Of a stretch of 64,000 nt of DNA, positions 40,432-50,436 are shown piece by piece. The notes under the pieces were generated by a model, which did not search any database, was not told the DNA's origin, and worked only from the letters and a program-made list of their open reading frames with translations. The translations under genes were made by a program, and so were the position numbers. The stretch is from Candidatus Latescibacterota bacterium (GTDB taxonomy: Bacteria > Latescibacterota > UBA2968): contig OZ220741.1 in the NCBI GenBank assembly GCA_965116885.1, forward strand, positions 5,152,001-5,216,000. The letters are read 5' to 3'. Within the stretch, counting starts at the first letter, position 1. Each line of letters opens with the position of its first letter.

Positions 40432-42327
40432 TCACCCCAACACCCGCACATCTCCTTGCCTGATGGTTATGCCCTGTGTATCAAAATAATTCAACAGCGG
40501 CACGGCAAATTTGCGCGTGGTTCCGATCAGGCTGCGAAACGTCGATACATCGATCTCCCCATTTTCTTTTAGATAATCAACCAATTGCCGCGTCACCTCT
40601 TCCATCACCTCGGGATGAAAGAGCAATGTATCGTCCAGACGCACCAGACCACCCATTGCCTGCATCGCCGATACAACATCCCGCACAGATCTCGCATTGA
40701 CCTGAATCGCATCGGGCAACGTCTTTAAGTCCTCAGGCGTTGTCCCCCCATCTTTTAATACTCGCGCAATCGCATCGCGAATTTCCTCTTGTTCGGGCGT
40801 CAATGCAATTTTGTAATCGCGCAACCCAATCAGCGCGCTTTCGCTCCTTAAAACACCTTCACGGACGAGATGTTCAACACCCTGCACAAACAAATCGTCC
40901 GAAGGTGCTCCCTTCACCAATGCGCGAAGCTCCTCGCGCCGCGCACCTGGTCGGAGGGGATACGCCCCGTGAAAAAACCGCATCGCATCGCCAATCCCAT
41001 CCAGCACATCCCGCCAGCACATCGCGTGGACATACATCGTTTTACCCGCCTGCACATAAGAAATCACATCGCCCGAATCGACGAGTGCGGTTAACTGGCT
41101 CTCAATCCCACTCGCAGACACCGCCATCTCAGATGCGAGTTGCAGCACAGTTCGCGGTTGCAATCGCGCGGCCTTTAAGCGCGTCAACAAAACCTGTGTG
41201 GGATCATCCTGTTCCAATTCCCGCAGTGCGTCAATGACATCGTCCCGAAACCGCCGATGCTTCACGGGTTGCGGATCCAGCACCACACCACCGCCCAGCG
41301 TTTGCACCGGTGAATACCGCCGAATCACAAACCGATCTCCCCGCGCGGCAACACCCGGTTCCTCCAGCCGCAACTGCACCAGTTGCGACTCACCCGGCAA
41401 CAATGTCTCACCCTCAAGCAACACCACACGGGCCAAAACCTCTCGCGGTCCCATCAGCAAATGCACGCGCGTGCGATTTGTCACATGCGCGGGTGCATCG
41501 GGTAACATGTGCAAACGCGCATCGATCATATACGTCGTCTCAAAATACCCCGGTTGTGCCAGAAGATCGCCCCTCGACACCTCATCTACTTCGACCCCGC
41601 TTATATTAATAGCCGCACGCGCGCCCACCTGTGCCACATCTACATCCCGCCCATGCGTTTGCACACCGCGCACGCGAACACTTTTATCCGACGGCAACAG
41701 CGACAATGCATCTCGCACGCGCACATCCCCTGAAATCACAGTACCCGTCACCACAGTTCCAAATCCCTGCACGGAAAAAGCGCGATCAACGGGCAAGCGA
41801 AAAATACCCTGATCTGGCCGCGCCTCAACCCTTGCGATCTCCGCCTCAACCGCCGAACGCAACGCATCAATCCCCTCACCCGTAATCGACGATACGGGCA
41901 CAATCGACGCATCCTCCAAAAATGTCTCGGCAAACACCTCCTGTAATTCCTCTTCAACCAGCTCCAGCCACTCTTCTTCTACCAGATCGACTTTAGTCAA
42001 CACCACAATGCCGCGGGGCACACCTAAAAGATTCAAAATACCCAGATGCTCGCGCGTCTGCGGCATCACCCCATCGTCGGCAGCCACCACAAAAAGTGCC
42101 AGATCAACCGTACACACACCCGTCACCATATTCTTGACAAAGCGCTCGTGCCCGGGCACATCGATAATGGTCACATTGTCTTTCCAATACGCAAAGCCAA
42201 TATCAATCGTCACGCCGCGATCGCGCTCCTCCGGCAAGGTATCGGTCTCAATACCCGTCAATGCCTTGACCAATGCCGTCTTGCCGTGATCGATATGCCC
42301 GGCCGTTCCAATAATCACATGCGCCAT
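40432..42327 (-). CDS. selB: Selenocysteine-specific elongation factor
   Basis: GTAGHIDHGKT, RGVTID, DVPGHE, TKVD; C-terminal winged helices with RKFAVPLL. Confidence 0.96.
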   Translation of the reverse strand: MAHVIIGTAGHIDHGKTALVKALTGIETDTLPEERDRGVTIDIGFAYWKDNVTIIDVPGHERFVKNMVTGVCTVDLALFVVAADDGVMPQTREHLGILNLLGVPRGIVVLTKVDLVEEEWLELVEEELQEVFAETFLEDASIVPVSSITGEGIDALRSAVEAEIARVEARPDQGIFRLPVDRAFSVQGFGTVVTGTVISGDVRVRDALSLLPSDKSVRVRGVQTHGRDVDVAQVGARAAINISGVEVDEVSRGDLLAQPGYFETTYMIDARLHMLPDAPAHVTNRTRVHLLMGPREVLARVVLLEGETLLPGESQLVQLRLEEPGVAARGDRFVIRRYSPVQTLGGGVVLDPQPVKHRRFRDDVIDALRELEQDDPTQVLLTRLKAARLQPRTVLQLASEMAVSASGIESQLTALVDSGDVISYVQAGKTMYVHAMCWRDVLDGIGDAMRFFHGAYPLRPGARREELRALVKGAPSDDLFVQGVEHLVREGVLRSESALIGLRDYKIALTPEQEEIRDAIARVLKDGGTTPEDLKTLPDAIQVNARSVRDVVSAMQAMGGLVRLDDTLLFHPEVMEEVTRQLVDYLKENGEIDVSTFRSLIGTTRKFAVPLLNYFDTQGITIRQGDVRVLG

Positions 42328-43733
42328 TAGCCCCGCGCTCCTTTTTTCACTGCATCGCCCACAATACGCACCTCGTCATCTCTTATCGTGCGCAAATCCA
42401 GAAATAACTGCTCCTCACGCACATAGCCAATAACGGGCGGATCATAGCGGCGTAACTTATTAGACAGAGATAAAATATCGCCACCGGAAATTGCGACCGC
42501 AACGCTCGGGATATTTTCCAAAGGCAACGCGCCACTGCCTGTTTGTGCCTGAGAATCGACCAGTTCGCATGTAAACTCCTCGAGTTCCCCGATCATCCGC
42601 AACAACCTCTGACCGCGTCGCTCAAGCATTCCCACAGACTCTGTCAACATGCGGAGTGTGGGATGTTCGCGCGCTAATGCCTCTGGATTTAAGAACAACT
42701 TCAACGTCGCTTCCAGCGCGGCATACGTCAGCTTTCCACAACGCAACGCGCGCATCAAGGGATTTTTGCGAATTTGTTCTACGACATCTTGTTTACCCAC
42801 AATAATCCCACACTGCGGCCCACCGAGCACCTTGTCACCGCTAAACATCACCACATCTGCCCCAGCGGAAATACTATCGGACACCAGCGGCTCATAAGGC
42901 AATCCGTAATCCCGCAAATTGACCAGCACACCGCCGCCCAAATCGTGCGCCACAGGTACGCCGCATTGTCGTCCCAACACCACCATATCTTCCACTGCAA
43001 CTTCGGCTGTAAATCCCATCACCTTGTAATTGCTCGGATGGACCGCCAGCATCACCCCCGTATTTTCCGTCAAAGCGTTTTCGTAATCGCTCAAATGGGT
43101 GCGATTGGTCGTACCCACCTCGACGAGTTGCGCCCCACTGCGCGACATAATATCGGGAATGCGGAACGACCCTCCAATTTCGACCAGTTGCCCACGCGAC
43201 ACAATCGCCTCTTTCCCACCGGCCAGTGTATTTAACGTCAGCAAAACAGCCGCTGCATTATTATTGGCAATCGCAGCGGCTTCGGCACCGGTCAACTCAC
43301 ACAGCAATTTTTCCACAAGCGTCGTACGCGACCCGCGCTGTCCAGTCTCCAGATCCAACTCCAAATTGCTATACGAACCAGCAATATCAGCAATATGTTT
43401 CACCGCAACATCGGGCAGTGGTGCGCGTCCCAAATTGGTATGCAGAATAACCCCGGTCGCATTCACAACACGCCTGAGATTTGGCGCAAACTGTTCTGCT
43501 AATTCCCTCTCCACATCCCCGACAATCCATTTAATCAACGCCTCACGCGACGCACCCACCACCTCGCCATCGCGCATCATCTCCCGCACGCGGTCTATTG
43601 CCCGCCGAATCATATCGGTCAAAACAGACGTCCCACACCGCTTTGACAACACCTGTATCGCACGTTCATTGAGCACCCGATCCACACCGGGAATAATTGA
43701 ATAATCTATATTTTTTTTAAAATCACCATTCAT
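42327..43733 (-). CDS. selA: L-seryl-tRNA(Sec) selenium transferase
   Basis: VNATGVILHTNLGRA, SRGQLVEIGGSFR, EVGTTNRT, FSGDKVLGGPQ; TAATG coupling to selB. Confidence 0.96.
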   Translation of the reverse strand: MNGDFKKNIDYSIIPGVDRVLNERAIQVLSKRCGTSVLTDMIRRAIDRVREMMRDGEVVGASREALIKWIVGDVERELAEQFAPNLRRVVNATGVILHTNLGRAPLPDVAVKHIADIAGSYSNLELDLETGQRGSRTTLVEKLLCELTGAEAAAIANNNAAAVLLTLNTLAGGKEAIVSRGQLVEIGGSFRIPDIMSRSGAQLVEVGTTNRTHLSDYENALTENTGVMLAVHPSNYKVMGFTAEVAVEDMVVLGRQCGVPVAHDLGGGVLVNLRDYGLPYEPLVSDSISAGADVVMFSGDKVLGGPQCGIIVGKQDVVEQIRKNPLMRALRCGKLTYAALEATLKLFLNPEALAREHPTLRMLTESVGMLERRGQRLLRMIGELEEFTCELVDSQAQTGSGALPLENIPSVAVAISGGDILSLSNKLRRYDPPVIGYVREEQLFLDLRTIRDDEVRIVGDAVKKGARG

Positions 43734-43744
43734 AATCTACTGCC

Positions 43745-45361
43745 CTATGGCACAATCTTAAACACAATCTCTTGCTTCACATCGCGGTCTGCCAGTAGAT
43801 CCGTCACTTTGACGCGGACCTCTTGACCGCCCGGCTCAGCGTCTTTCAAATCCAATTCGACATACGCCATATCCTCTGTGGTATCACCCGATTGCTCATA
43901 AGAAATCACCACTTCCCGGCGCTTCTCTTGCAAGCGCAACATGCGGCCCAATCCGCGCAGCGCGCGAATCGGAGCAAGCCCTTTTTCCCGAGCGCGAAAA
44001 GAATAATCCACGCGATACTTTGTCCGTCCAAATTCATTGCGTTTCAAATTGTACACTTCAAAATAGACAAATGCATTTTGATCTGGGCGAAATGCCTTTG
44101 ATGCCATTGGAATAATTTTTAATCCGCGTTTTTGAAACGGTCCTTGCTCATCACTCGGACCAACATAAAATGCAAGGGCAATATCGCTCATCAGAAGATC
44201 ATCGTGCTGCGAAAAATCTGTTACAGCCAGTGATTGCTGATACACCTGCGATTTTCCCGACACCACATCGCGAATCTGAAAAGAAAGATAGTGCAGCCCC
44301 GATTCAACCTCAAACGCGAGCACACCCGGAATAAACGCCCCATCCAACACTTGCTGGTCTGAAGGTGCCTGAAATGTCAATTGATCCTGCACGCGATAGA
44401 CCTCTGTCCACAGGCTATCAAACATCGCAAGACCGCGGTCCAGCATCACCCGATCAGTTTTGTCATCAATGGGCAACCGCGCCATTTCCGTAGCTGGCAA
44501 CCCATAATAGATCTCCAGCCTCGTCGCGCCATCTTCACCGCGAAATCCAGCGGGAAAATAATAAAAATCAACGGGAAGCTCGGCAATATTTGCATCGTAA
44601 ACAGAGGGCTGATGCGCTGCCACTTGCCGCAAAACCATCTCGCCTTGATACGCCATCAAATCCGTTGTCAGTGACAGGCTCAAGCCCTCGGGCATCGGTG
44701 CAAAGTCATACCTGTTCCCCTTGCCACGGCGCACAAAATCAAACTCTGTCCCGCCCTCCAAATCCGCATACACCCAATACTCCCACCACGACATCGCTGG
44801 CACGGGAAAAATGGGTTGTCCCGGCCTGATCCTCAAGGCAATACGTCTGCGATTCACATAATTTTGCCGCGCATCCTGTATCTCTCGATCCATCTCATTT
44901 TGAATATCGCCCGACTTGCTCGTGTGATCGGGTTTGCCAAACCGCACATAAACCTCGCCCCGATCATCCCACGGGAACTCTCCCTCACCGTAATATCGGC
45001 GCGCATACGCCACGCGCCGATAATGCTCAATGAGCCGCTCATTAGCCTTTGTTAACGGCGAGGGATCCAGACGTCGCCAAAAGCGGGCAATCAACTCAGC
45101 GCGTTTTTCCGTATCCGCATCCCGGTAAATTTCCAGATCCTCGGGCAATGCCACCTGCGCCAAATCGCGATAGAGCGCCTGCTCCTCTTCCGACAAGTCT
45201 TTAATATATTCTTCAAACAACGCCTGCGCCTTCGCATAGTCTCGAACGGACTGCGCCTGAACCGCCTGTACCAACAGCGGATCGTCAAAACCGCCCTCCT
45301 GCGCCCAAAGCGTTGTACTCAACGCACACACCATCAGAAAACCCGTCAATATCGCATGCAT
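43745..45361 (-). CDS. Secreted GWxTD-domain protein
   Basis: Signal MHAILTGFLMVCALSTTLWA; FWRRLDP...EHYRRVAYA...PWDDRGEVYVRFGKPD. Confidence 0.85.
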   Translation of the reverse strand: MHAILTGFLMVCALSTTLWAQEGGFDDPLLVQAVQAQSVRDYAKAQALFEEYIKDLSEEEQALYRDLAQVALPEDLEIYRDADTEKRAELIARFWRRLDPSPLTKANERLIEHYRRVAYARRYYGEGEFPWDDRGEVYVRFGKPDHTSKSGDIQNEMDREIQDARQNYVNRRRIALRIRPGQPIFPVPAMSWWEYWVYADLEGGTEFDFVRRGKGNRYDFAPMPEGLSLSLTTDLMAYQGEMVLRQVAAHQPSVYDANIAELPVDFYYFPAGFRGEDGATRLEIYYGLPATEMARLPIDDKTDRVMLDRGLAMFDSLWTEVYRVQDQLTFQAPSDQQVLDGAFIPGVLAFEVESGLHYLSFQIRDVVSGKSQVYQQSLAVTDFSQHDDLLMSDIALAFYVGPSDEQGPFQKRGLKIIPMASKAFRPDQNAFVYFEVYNLKRNEFGRTKYRVDYSFRAREKGLAPIRALRGLGRMLRLQEKRREVVISYEQSGDTTEDMAYVELDLKDAEPGGQEVRVKVTDLLADRDVKQEIVFKIVP

Positions 45362-45590
45362 AACAACCACCTTGTGAAATGTAGGTATGCCATATAAAAC
45401 CAAATCTACCCCATAATCCCTTGGCCCGCAAAGAAAATCTCCCTCATTTATTGACAAGCACCACGCCTGCATGTATCTTCTTGATCTATTTTTCAAAATA
45501 CGCAAAAAAACGTTTATATCTCCTCGTCCTCTCCTGTAACCTCGCATTTGTGATACCGGTTCCAATTTAATTTCTCAGAAGGAGTTCTCC

Positions 45591-46664
45591 ATGGCAGTTG
45601 CTGTTCAAAGTGGCATTGACAAAATCGCAGACTACCTCGGCAATGACGCCGACGACTTACTCGATTACGAAGCATTGGTAAACCAAAACCTGCTCACACT
45701 GCCCGGTCCCGACTTTATCGACCGGGTCTTTGCGGATTCTGACCGCACCATTCCCGTGCTCAACAACCTGCAACGCCTCTACAGCTCGGGACGGCTCTCG
45801 GGTACCGGGTACATTTCCATTCTCCCCATTGATCAGGGCATCGAACACTCTGGCGGCGCGTCCTTTGCCCCCAACCCCATCTACTTTGATCCCGAAAACA
45901 TCGTCAAACTCGCCATTGAAGGGGGTTGTAATGCCGTGGCAACCACGCTGGGCGTACTCGGGATGGTCGCCCGTCAATACGCCCACAAAATCCCCTTTAT
46001 CCTCAAATTTAACCACAACCAACTGCTCACGTACCCTTCGCAATACGACCAGGTCGTATTTGGACAAGTCGAACAAGCCTGGGAAATGGGATGTGCAGGC
46101 GTGGGAGCCACCATTTATTTTGGCTCGCCCGAATCCAACCGACAAATCGTCGAAATCAGCGAAGCATTTGCCCGCGCACACGAACTGGGGCTATTTACCG
46201 TACTGTGGTGTTATTTGCGCAACTCGGCATTTGCGACCGATGACATCGACTACCACGAAGCCGCGGACCTCACGGGACAGGCCAACCACCTCGGTGTCAC
46301 CATTGGTGCAGACATCATCAAACAAAAATTGCCGACCAACAACAACGGTTACACAGCCCTGAATTTTGGACGCACCCACGACAAAGTCTATACCGAACTC
46401 TCGTCAAATCACCCCATTGACCTGTGTCGCTATCAGGTCGTCAACTGTTACATGGGCAAAGCCGGACTGATCAATTCCGGAGGCGCATCCTCAGGCGCCA
46501 GTGATTACGCCGAAGCCGTGCGAACCGCTGTAATCAACAAACGCGCCGGAGGCACCGGCCTCATCTCTGGGCGCAAGGCATTTCAACGCCCCATGCACGA
46601 AGGCATCCAACTGCTCAACGACATACAAGACGTCTATCTCTGCCCCGATGTAACCATCGCCTGA
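45591..46664 (+). CDS. fbaB: Class I fructose-bisphosphate aldolase (DhnA type)
   Basis: [35 protein letters not shown]. Confidence 0.95.
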   Translation: MAVAVQSGIDKIADYLGNDADDLLDYEALVNQNLLTLPGPDFIDRVFADSDRTIPVLNNLQRLYSSGRLSGTGYISILPIDQGIEHSGGASFAPNPIYFDPENIVKLAIEGGCNAVATTLGVLGMVARQYAHKIPFILKFNHNQLLTYPSQYDQVVFGQVEQAWEMGCAGVGATIYFGSPESNRQIVEISEAFARAHELGLFTVLWCYLRNSAFATDDIDYHEAADLTGQANHLGVTIGADIIKQKLPTNNNGYTALNFGRTHDKVYTELSSNHPIDLCRYQVVNCYMGKAGLINSGGASSGASDYAEAVRTAVINKRAGGTGLISGRKAFQRPMHEGIQLLNDIQDVYLCPDVTIA

Positions 46665-46671
46665 TTCACAC

Positions 46672-46719
46672 AAAAAAAGCGGAGCTTTCGATCTACCGAA
46701 GGCTCCGTCTTTTTTTTTT
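46672..46719. terminator. Bidirectional terminator between convergent genes
   Basis: A7-GCGGAGCTTTCG/CGAAGGCTCCGT followed by a T-run. Confidence 0.75.
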
Positions 46720-46751
46720 AAGGCGGATGTACGGGAACTGACCACTCTCCC

Positions 46752-47186
46752 TCAAACCAACTTTTCACCGTCAAAAATCATTTTGTCCTTTTCGTAAATC
46801 GCGCCCGTTTCTTCATCCAACTCGTACTTCATCAACTGCCCCAGAGACATATGGTTAAACACCTCTTTGGGATCGCCGTATTTTTCCAGCAATTTTTCAA
46901 TTGGACCTTCAAACTCATAGGTTCGGCGTTTGGACCGTTCGCGTGCTCTGCGCTCGGATTCTTCCTTGCTCAAAATTGGCAACCGCTCAGCGGCGGGACC
47001 TAATCGACTCGCGTATTCCTGCCGTCTGCGGTACTGATCGTGCCGCTTTTCAACCTCGTCCTTGTCCTCTTCTCGCTCCTTGTGACTGAGCAGGTCTCCT
47101 GCTCGCTCTGACCACTTTTCCCGCTCCCGCTCGCGCACATCATCGCGTCCCACTTTTCGCATAATATCTCGCAGTGAATCACTCAT
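46752..47186 (-). CDS. Highly charged hypothetical protein
   Basis: 144-aa E/R/K-rich ORF, GGAGG RBS, terminator downstream. Confidence 0.7.
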   Translation of the reverse strand: MSDSLRDIMRKVGRDDVREREREKWSERAGDLLSHKEREEDKDEVEKRHDQYRRRQEYASRLGPAAERLPILSKEESERRARERSKRRTYEFEGPIEKLLEKYGDPKEVFNHMSLGQLMKYELDEETGAIYEKDKMIFDGEKLV

Positions 47187-47355
47187 CTCTCAAACCCTCC
47201 AAAGCCAGATAAATTTAAGACTACCGGGTAACCCAAAAATAACGCGCCTCATCCCATTTGTCAAAGGTAATTCTCGCTTTTAAAAATATCGAGGTTGACG
47301 CAGGTCCTCTTTGCATACATATTGCAGTCATACAACACCATGCGAAAGGAAATAT

Positions 47356-48126
47356 ATGTCCAATATGGAACGACTTATCAACATCATGGCGCGCTTGAGA
47401 GGACCTTCGGGCTGCCCGTGGGACAAAGAGCAAACACCCCAAAGTCTGAAACCCTACCTCATCGAAGAAGCCTACGAAGTCCTCGAGGCGATTGACCGCA
47501 ATGACGATAGCGAAATCAAAGAAGAACTGGGCGATCTTTTACTACAAGTCGTCTTTCACGCGCAAATTGCCAGCGAAGAAAACCGATTTACCATAGACGA
47601 TGTAGCCGAAGCCATCGCCGACAAACTCATCCGCCGCCATCCCCATGTTTTTGGTGACACGCAAGCCGATACACCCGACGAAGTAATCAAAAATTGGGAA
47701 GCCATAAAAGCCGAAGAAAAACCCGACAAAAAAGCCTCTCTGCTCGACGGCGTACCGCAACATCTGCCAGCATTATTGAAAGCACGCAGACTTCAGGAAA
47801 AAGCCGCGCGAGTGGGATTTGAATGGGAACACATTGCGGATGTGGCTCAAAAAGTGCGGGAAGAAACAGAAGAATTGATACACGCACGAAAAACCGGCAA
47901 AATAGAAAAGATCCAGGAAGAATTTGGAGACTTACTATTTGCCCTGGTCAATCTCGCTCGATTTCTCAAAATATGCCCCGAAGAAGCACTCATACAGACC
48001 AACAGAAAATTTCAATCGCGCTTCCGGTACATCGAAACCGAACTGTGCAAAAAGGGCAAAACACCCCATGAATCTACGCTTGAGGAAATGGACGCGCTGT
48101 GGGAAGCCGCAAAAAAAGAGAATTAG
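47356..48126 (+). CDS. mazG: Nucleoside triphosphate pyrophosphohydrolase
   Basis: GCPWDKEQT, EEAYEV, EELGDLL, KLIRRHPHVF, second domain EEFGDLLF. Confidence 0.95.
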   Translation: MSNMERLINIMARLRGPSGCPWDKEQTPQSLKPYLIEEAYEVLEAIDRNDDSEIKEELGDLLLQVVFHAQIASEENRFTIDDVAEAIADKLIRRHPHVFGDTQADTPDEVIKNWEAIKAEEKPDKKASLLDGVPQHLPALLKARRLQEKAARVGFEWEHIADVAQKVREETEELIHARKTGKIEKIQEEFGDLLFALVNLARFLKICPEEALIQTNRKFQSRFRYIETELCKKGKTPHESTLEEMDALWEAAKKEN

Positions 48127-48635
48127 CCCCAAAAATCGTAGTGTGCAGACAACTCCAGAACGGGAATAGGAGCAGATTCCCAATCGTCAATCCAGCAAAT
48201 AATGCTATCACATGCCATATAATCGAGAGCTTCGCGTTCGAAATCACTGCTGCGCAACACAGCGTGTGCTCGAACCGGCAATTCATTACTCGACAGAATA
48301 TAATTGGGAAACGCCTCCTGAGATTTGAGCACCTCAAATCCCAATTTGTCGTAAACCCGAATAAACAACTCGCGAACATTGGTCGCATTTCGCACAGCCG
48401 GATACGTCAAAAGTGGCTCTTGCTTAACAGGCGCCAGTTGTTTTCCAATAATATCAAGCGTACTCTGGGGAACCGTAACCGACTTTGCGTTTTTGCGCTC
48501 CAACTCAGCCTCAACCCGCTTGAGAGCCAACTCGGCCACCTCTTTGGAATCGCTAATCGACTTCCGCACGCGCTTACCCTCTTCATCGTAATACCCGATC
48601 CACCACTTCTTTCCCCGCTGATAAAGCCACGCCAT
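48123..48635 (-). CDS. Integrase arm-binding-like domain fused to a degenerate PD-(D/E)xK-like domain
   Basis: LYQRGKKWWIGYYDEEGKRVRKS...KEVAELAL N-terminus; LGFEV...FPN...SSDF...CDSIICWIDDW...PVLEL C-terminus. Confidence 0.6.
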   Translation of the reverse strand: MAWLYQRGKKWWIGYYDEEGKRVRKSISDSKEVAELALKRVEAELERKNAKSVTVPQSTLDIIGKQLAPVKQEPLLTYPAVRNATNVRELFIRVYDKLGFEVLKSQEAFPNYILSSNELPVRAHAVLRSSDFEREALDYMACDSIICWIDDWESAPIPVLELSAHYDFWG

Positions 48636-48647
48636 AGTCGTGCCCCC

Positions 48648-48817
48648 GCCACAAAATATCAGTGTGTCTTACATCATAGCCACAAAAAATGAGAAAAACA
48701 ATTTGTCGCTGATATTACCCAATATATTGTATATTACTCTGAAAATAAAGCACAATATATAGAGCAAAATGTGGCTATTAGCCACAAAATGTCCATCAAA
48801 TAATAATCTAAGCCACA
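48648..48817. promoter_or_regulatory. Cluster of (TA)GCCACA sites
   Basis: Copies at 48648, 48677, 48779 and 48810, plus an inverted copy forming TGTGGCTA-T-TAGCCACA at 48770-48786. Confidence 0.65.
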
Positions 48818-48829
48818 CTTTTACGCAAC

Positions 48830-48862
48830 AAAAAAGGCGGGCCTTTCGAGCCCGCCTTTTTT
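48830..48862. terminator. Bidirectional terminator-like hairpin
   Basis: AAAAAAGGCGGGC...GCCCGCCTTTTTT. Confidence 0.75.
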
Positions 48863-48921
48863 ATTTTTTTCTGGCGTTCTATTCAATCCAAATTTGGAGC
48901 AACCTATCGATCACCAGAGCC

Positions 48922-48953
48922 GTCATCGCGGCAGGATGTTAGCCGCGATCCAG
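48922..48953. repeat. REP-like palindrome (GTCAT...GATCCAG type)
   Basis: GTC-ATCGCGGC...GCCGCGAT-CCAG; single copy in the window. Confidence 0.45.
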
Positions 48954-49274
48954 AAGGTTTTGCCTGTCATCCCAATCATCCTCTGGCTCTTTTCTCCCTG
49001 AACCAGGGAACATTTCTTTCACCATACCACTCATCCATCGCTCAAAATATACACTAACGCCTGTCTATTCCACCTCTGCTTCAACAGGCAATCCACAAAT
49101 TCAAGTTGTGAACAACCGCATAATACAGCATATTGAAGGCATAATGAGGTGCCTGAACTTCTTTTTTTCCTCTTTTATCACTCAATTCTGTGATAATTGG
49201 CTCGATATTTGCTTGAGTTCTGACAGTTGCGTTAGTCCAAAATACGCCCCACCTTCAGAACAAAGGAAACAGAA

Positions 49275-49658
49275 GTGTCAGACGACCACAATTCGATTAA
49301 AGAATATAAAGGCATTCTGGGACAGGTCACTTCACCCCTGATATTTTTTGCTCTGGCACTTCTGGTCATTGAAGGAATCATTGGAATTACGGTTGTTAAA
49401 TCAAAACTCGACGCTATACAGCAATTCTACATGATTCTTGTTATGGCCTTTCTATTTCTATCTGTTGTCGGTCTCGTTGCATGGATTACTGTGAAATATC
49501 CGTTGAACTTAATGGATAAAGTTGATGAAAATTTGAAACGCAATGAATTGATGGAAACGCTCCTTGGCAGTGACATGTTCAAAGACGCTGTTATCGACAT
49601 CGTATCGAATATTGTCCAGGAGCCACAATCAAAGGAAGAAAAAAATGGATCAAAATGA
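49275..49658 (+). CDS. Two-TM membrane protein, unknown function
   Basis: Two hydrophobic helices; AAGGA RBS; AT-rich. Confidence 0.65.
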   Translation: MSDDHNSIKEYKGILGQVTSPLIFFALALLVIEGIIGITVVKSKLDAIQQFYMILVMAFLFLSVVGLVAWITVKYPLNLMDKVDENLKRNELMETLLGSDMFKDAVIDIVSNIVQEPQSKEEKNGSK

Positions 49659-49914
49659 ACAAGGGACGATAAGGGATATTGTCAAAGTGATCTATCACTC
49701 CAGAGGTGACTGGCGCACGCCAGGGGGCATTGCAAGAGATCTCAAAATATCTCCTGAAACGGTCATCCAAATCGTCAAAAGCCATCCCGAATTTTTTATT
49801 TTAGCAAGCGACGAACGGGCAAAATTTGTTATCCGTTTCGGTGGCCTCGATGCTGTATCACTCACTGATAGTGCGCGAAATTTATATCTTCAGGAGCTAA
49901 CGCTGAGTGCATAG
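49645..49914 (+). CDS. Small putative winged-helix protein
   Basis: WRTPGGIARDLKISPETV helix-turn-helix-like segment; overlaps the upstream stop. Confidence 0.55.
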   Translation: MDQNEQGTIRDIVKVIYHSRGDWRTPGGIARDLKISPETVIQIVKSHPEFFILASDERAKFVIRFGGLDAVSLTDSARNLYLQELTLSA

Positions 49915-50157
49915 CTCACGACACATCTCATCCTATCTTCAATGCAACACGCGGCTGTTGCGACTGTGAAGAATCCTAATGAAAATAGAACGAAAATACT
50001 TCTGATCATTCTCTGCCTGGTGCTTTCCTTTTATCAATAATTCATCCTAAAAAGGCATGCATGCTGGCAGATAATGATATCGCAAAACTCCCTGCCAAAA
50101 ACCAATCCCCAGTCCCTTTCCCGCCCCTACAAAAAATAAAAAATAAAGAACCAACAG

Positions 50158-50434
50158 CTAAAAGGACCGGGCAACTCGAAAACCGATAAATCGGTATTAT
50201 CTGTTTCGCCTGTTCCGCCTTATTCAACAACGCCAGCGCCTCCTTGTAGAACGTGCCCTTCTCCCCTGATGTGGCTAAATACTTCTTCACCGCATCAACC
50301 GCGGTCTGGAACAAGCCTGTTGAAAAGGCAACCTGTGCATACTGGAAGTGGAATTCGTGCGGTAATGTAAGACTATGCTCTTTTTGCAGCACAAGGATCT
50401 TTTCTACCAGGTTGAGAGCATCTATATAGTCTTT
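50158..50434 (-). pseudogene. Remnant of a helical-domain + FGE/CLec-fold gene with the lectin domain deleted
   Basis: KDYIDALNLVEKIL...ALALLNKAEQAKQIIP joined out of frame to FIGFRVARSF*; no native start. Confidence 0.7.
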
Positions 50435-50436
50435 GC

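Noticed and set aside
48123..48635. Functional phage integrase or prophage boundary
   Set aside because: Only 170 aa, with no R-H-x-x-R-Y catalytic domain and no adjacent tRNA or phage genes.
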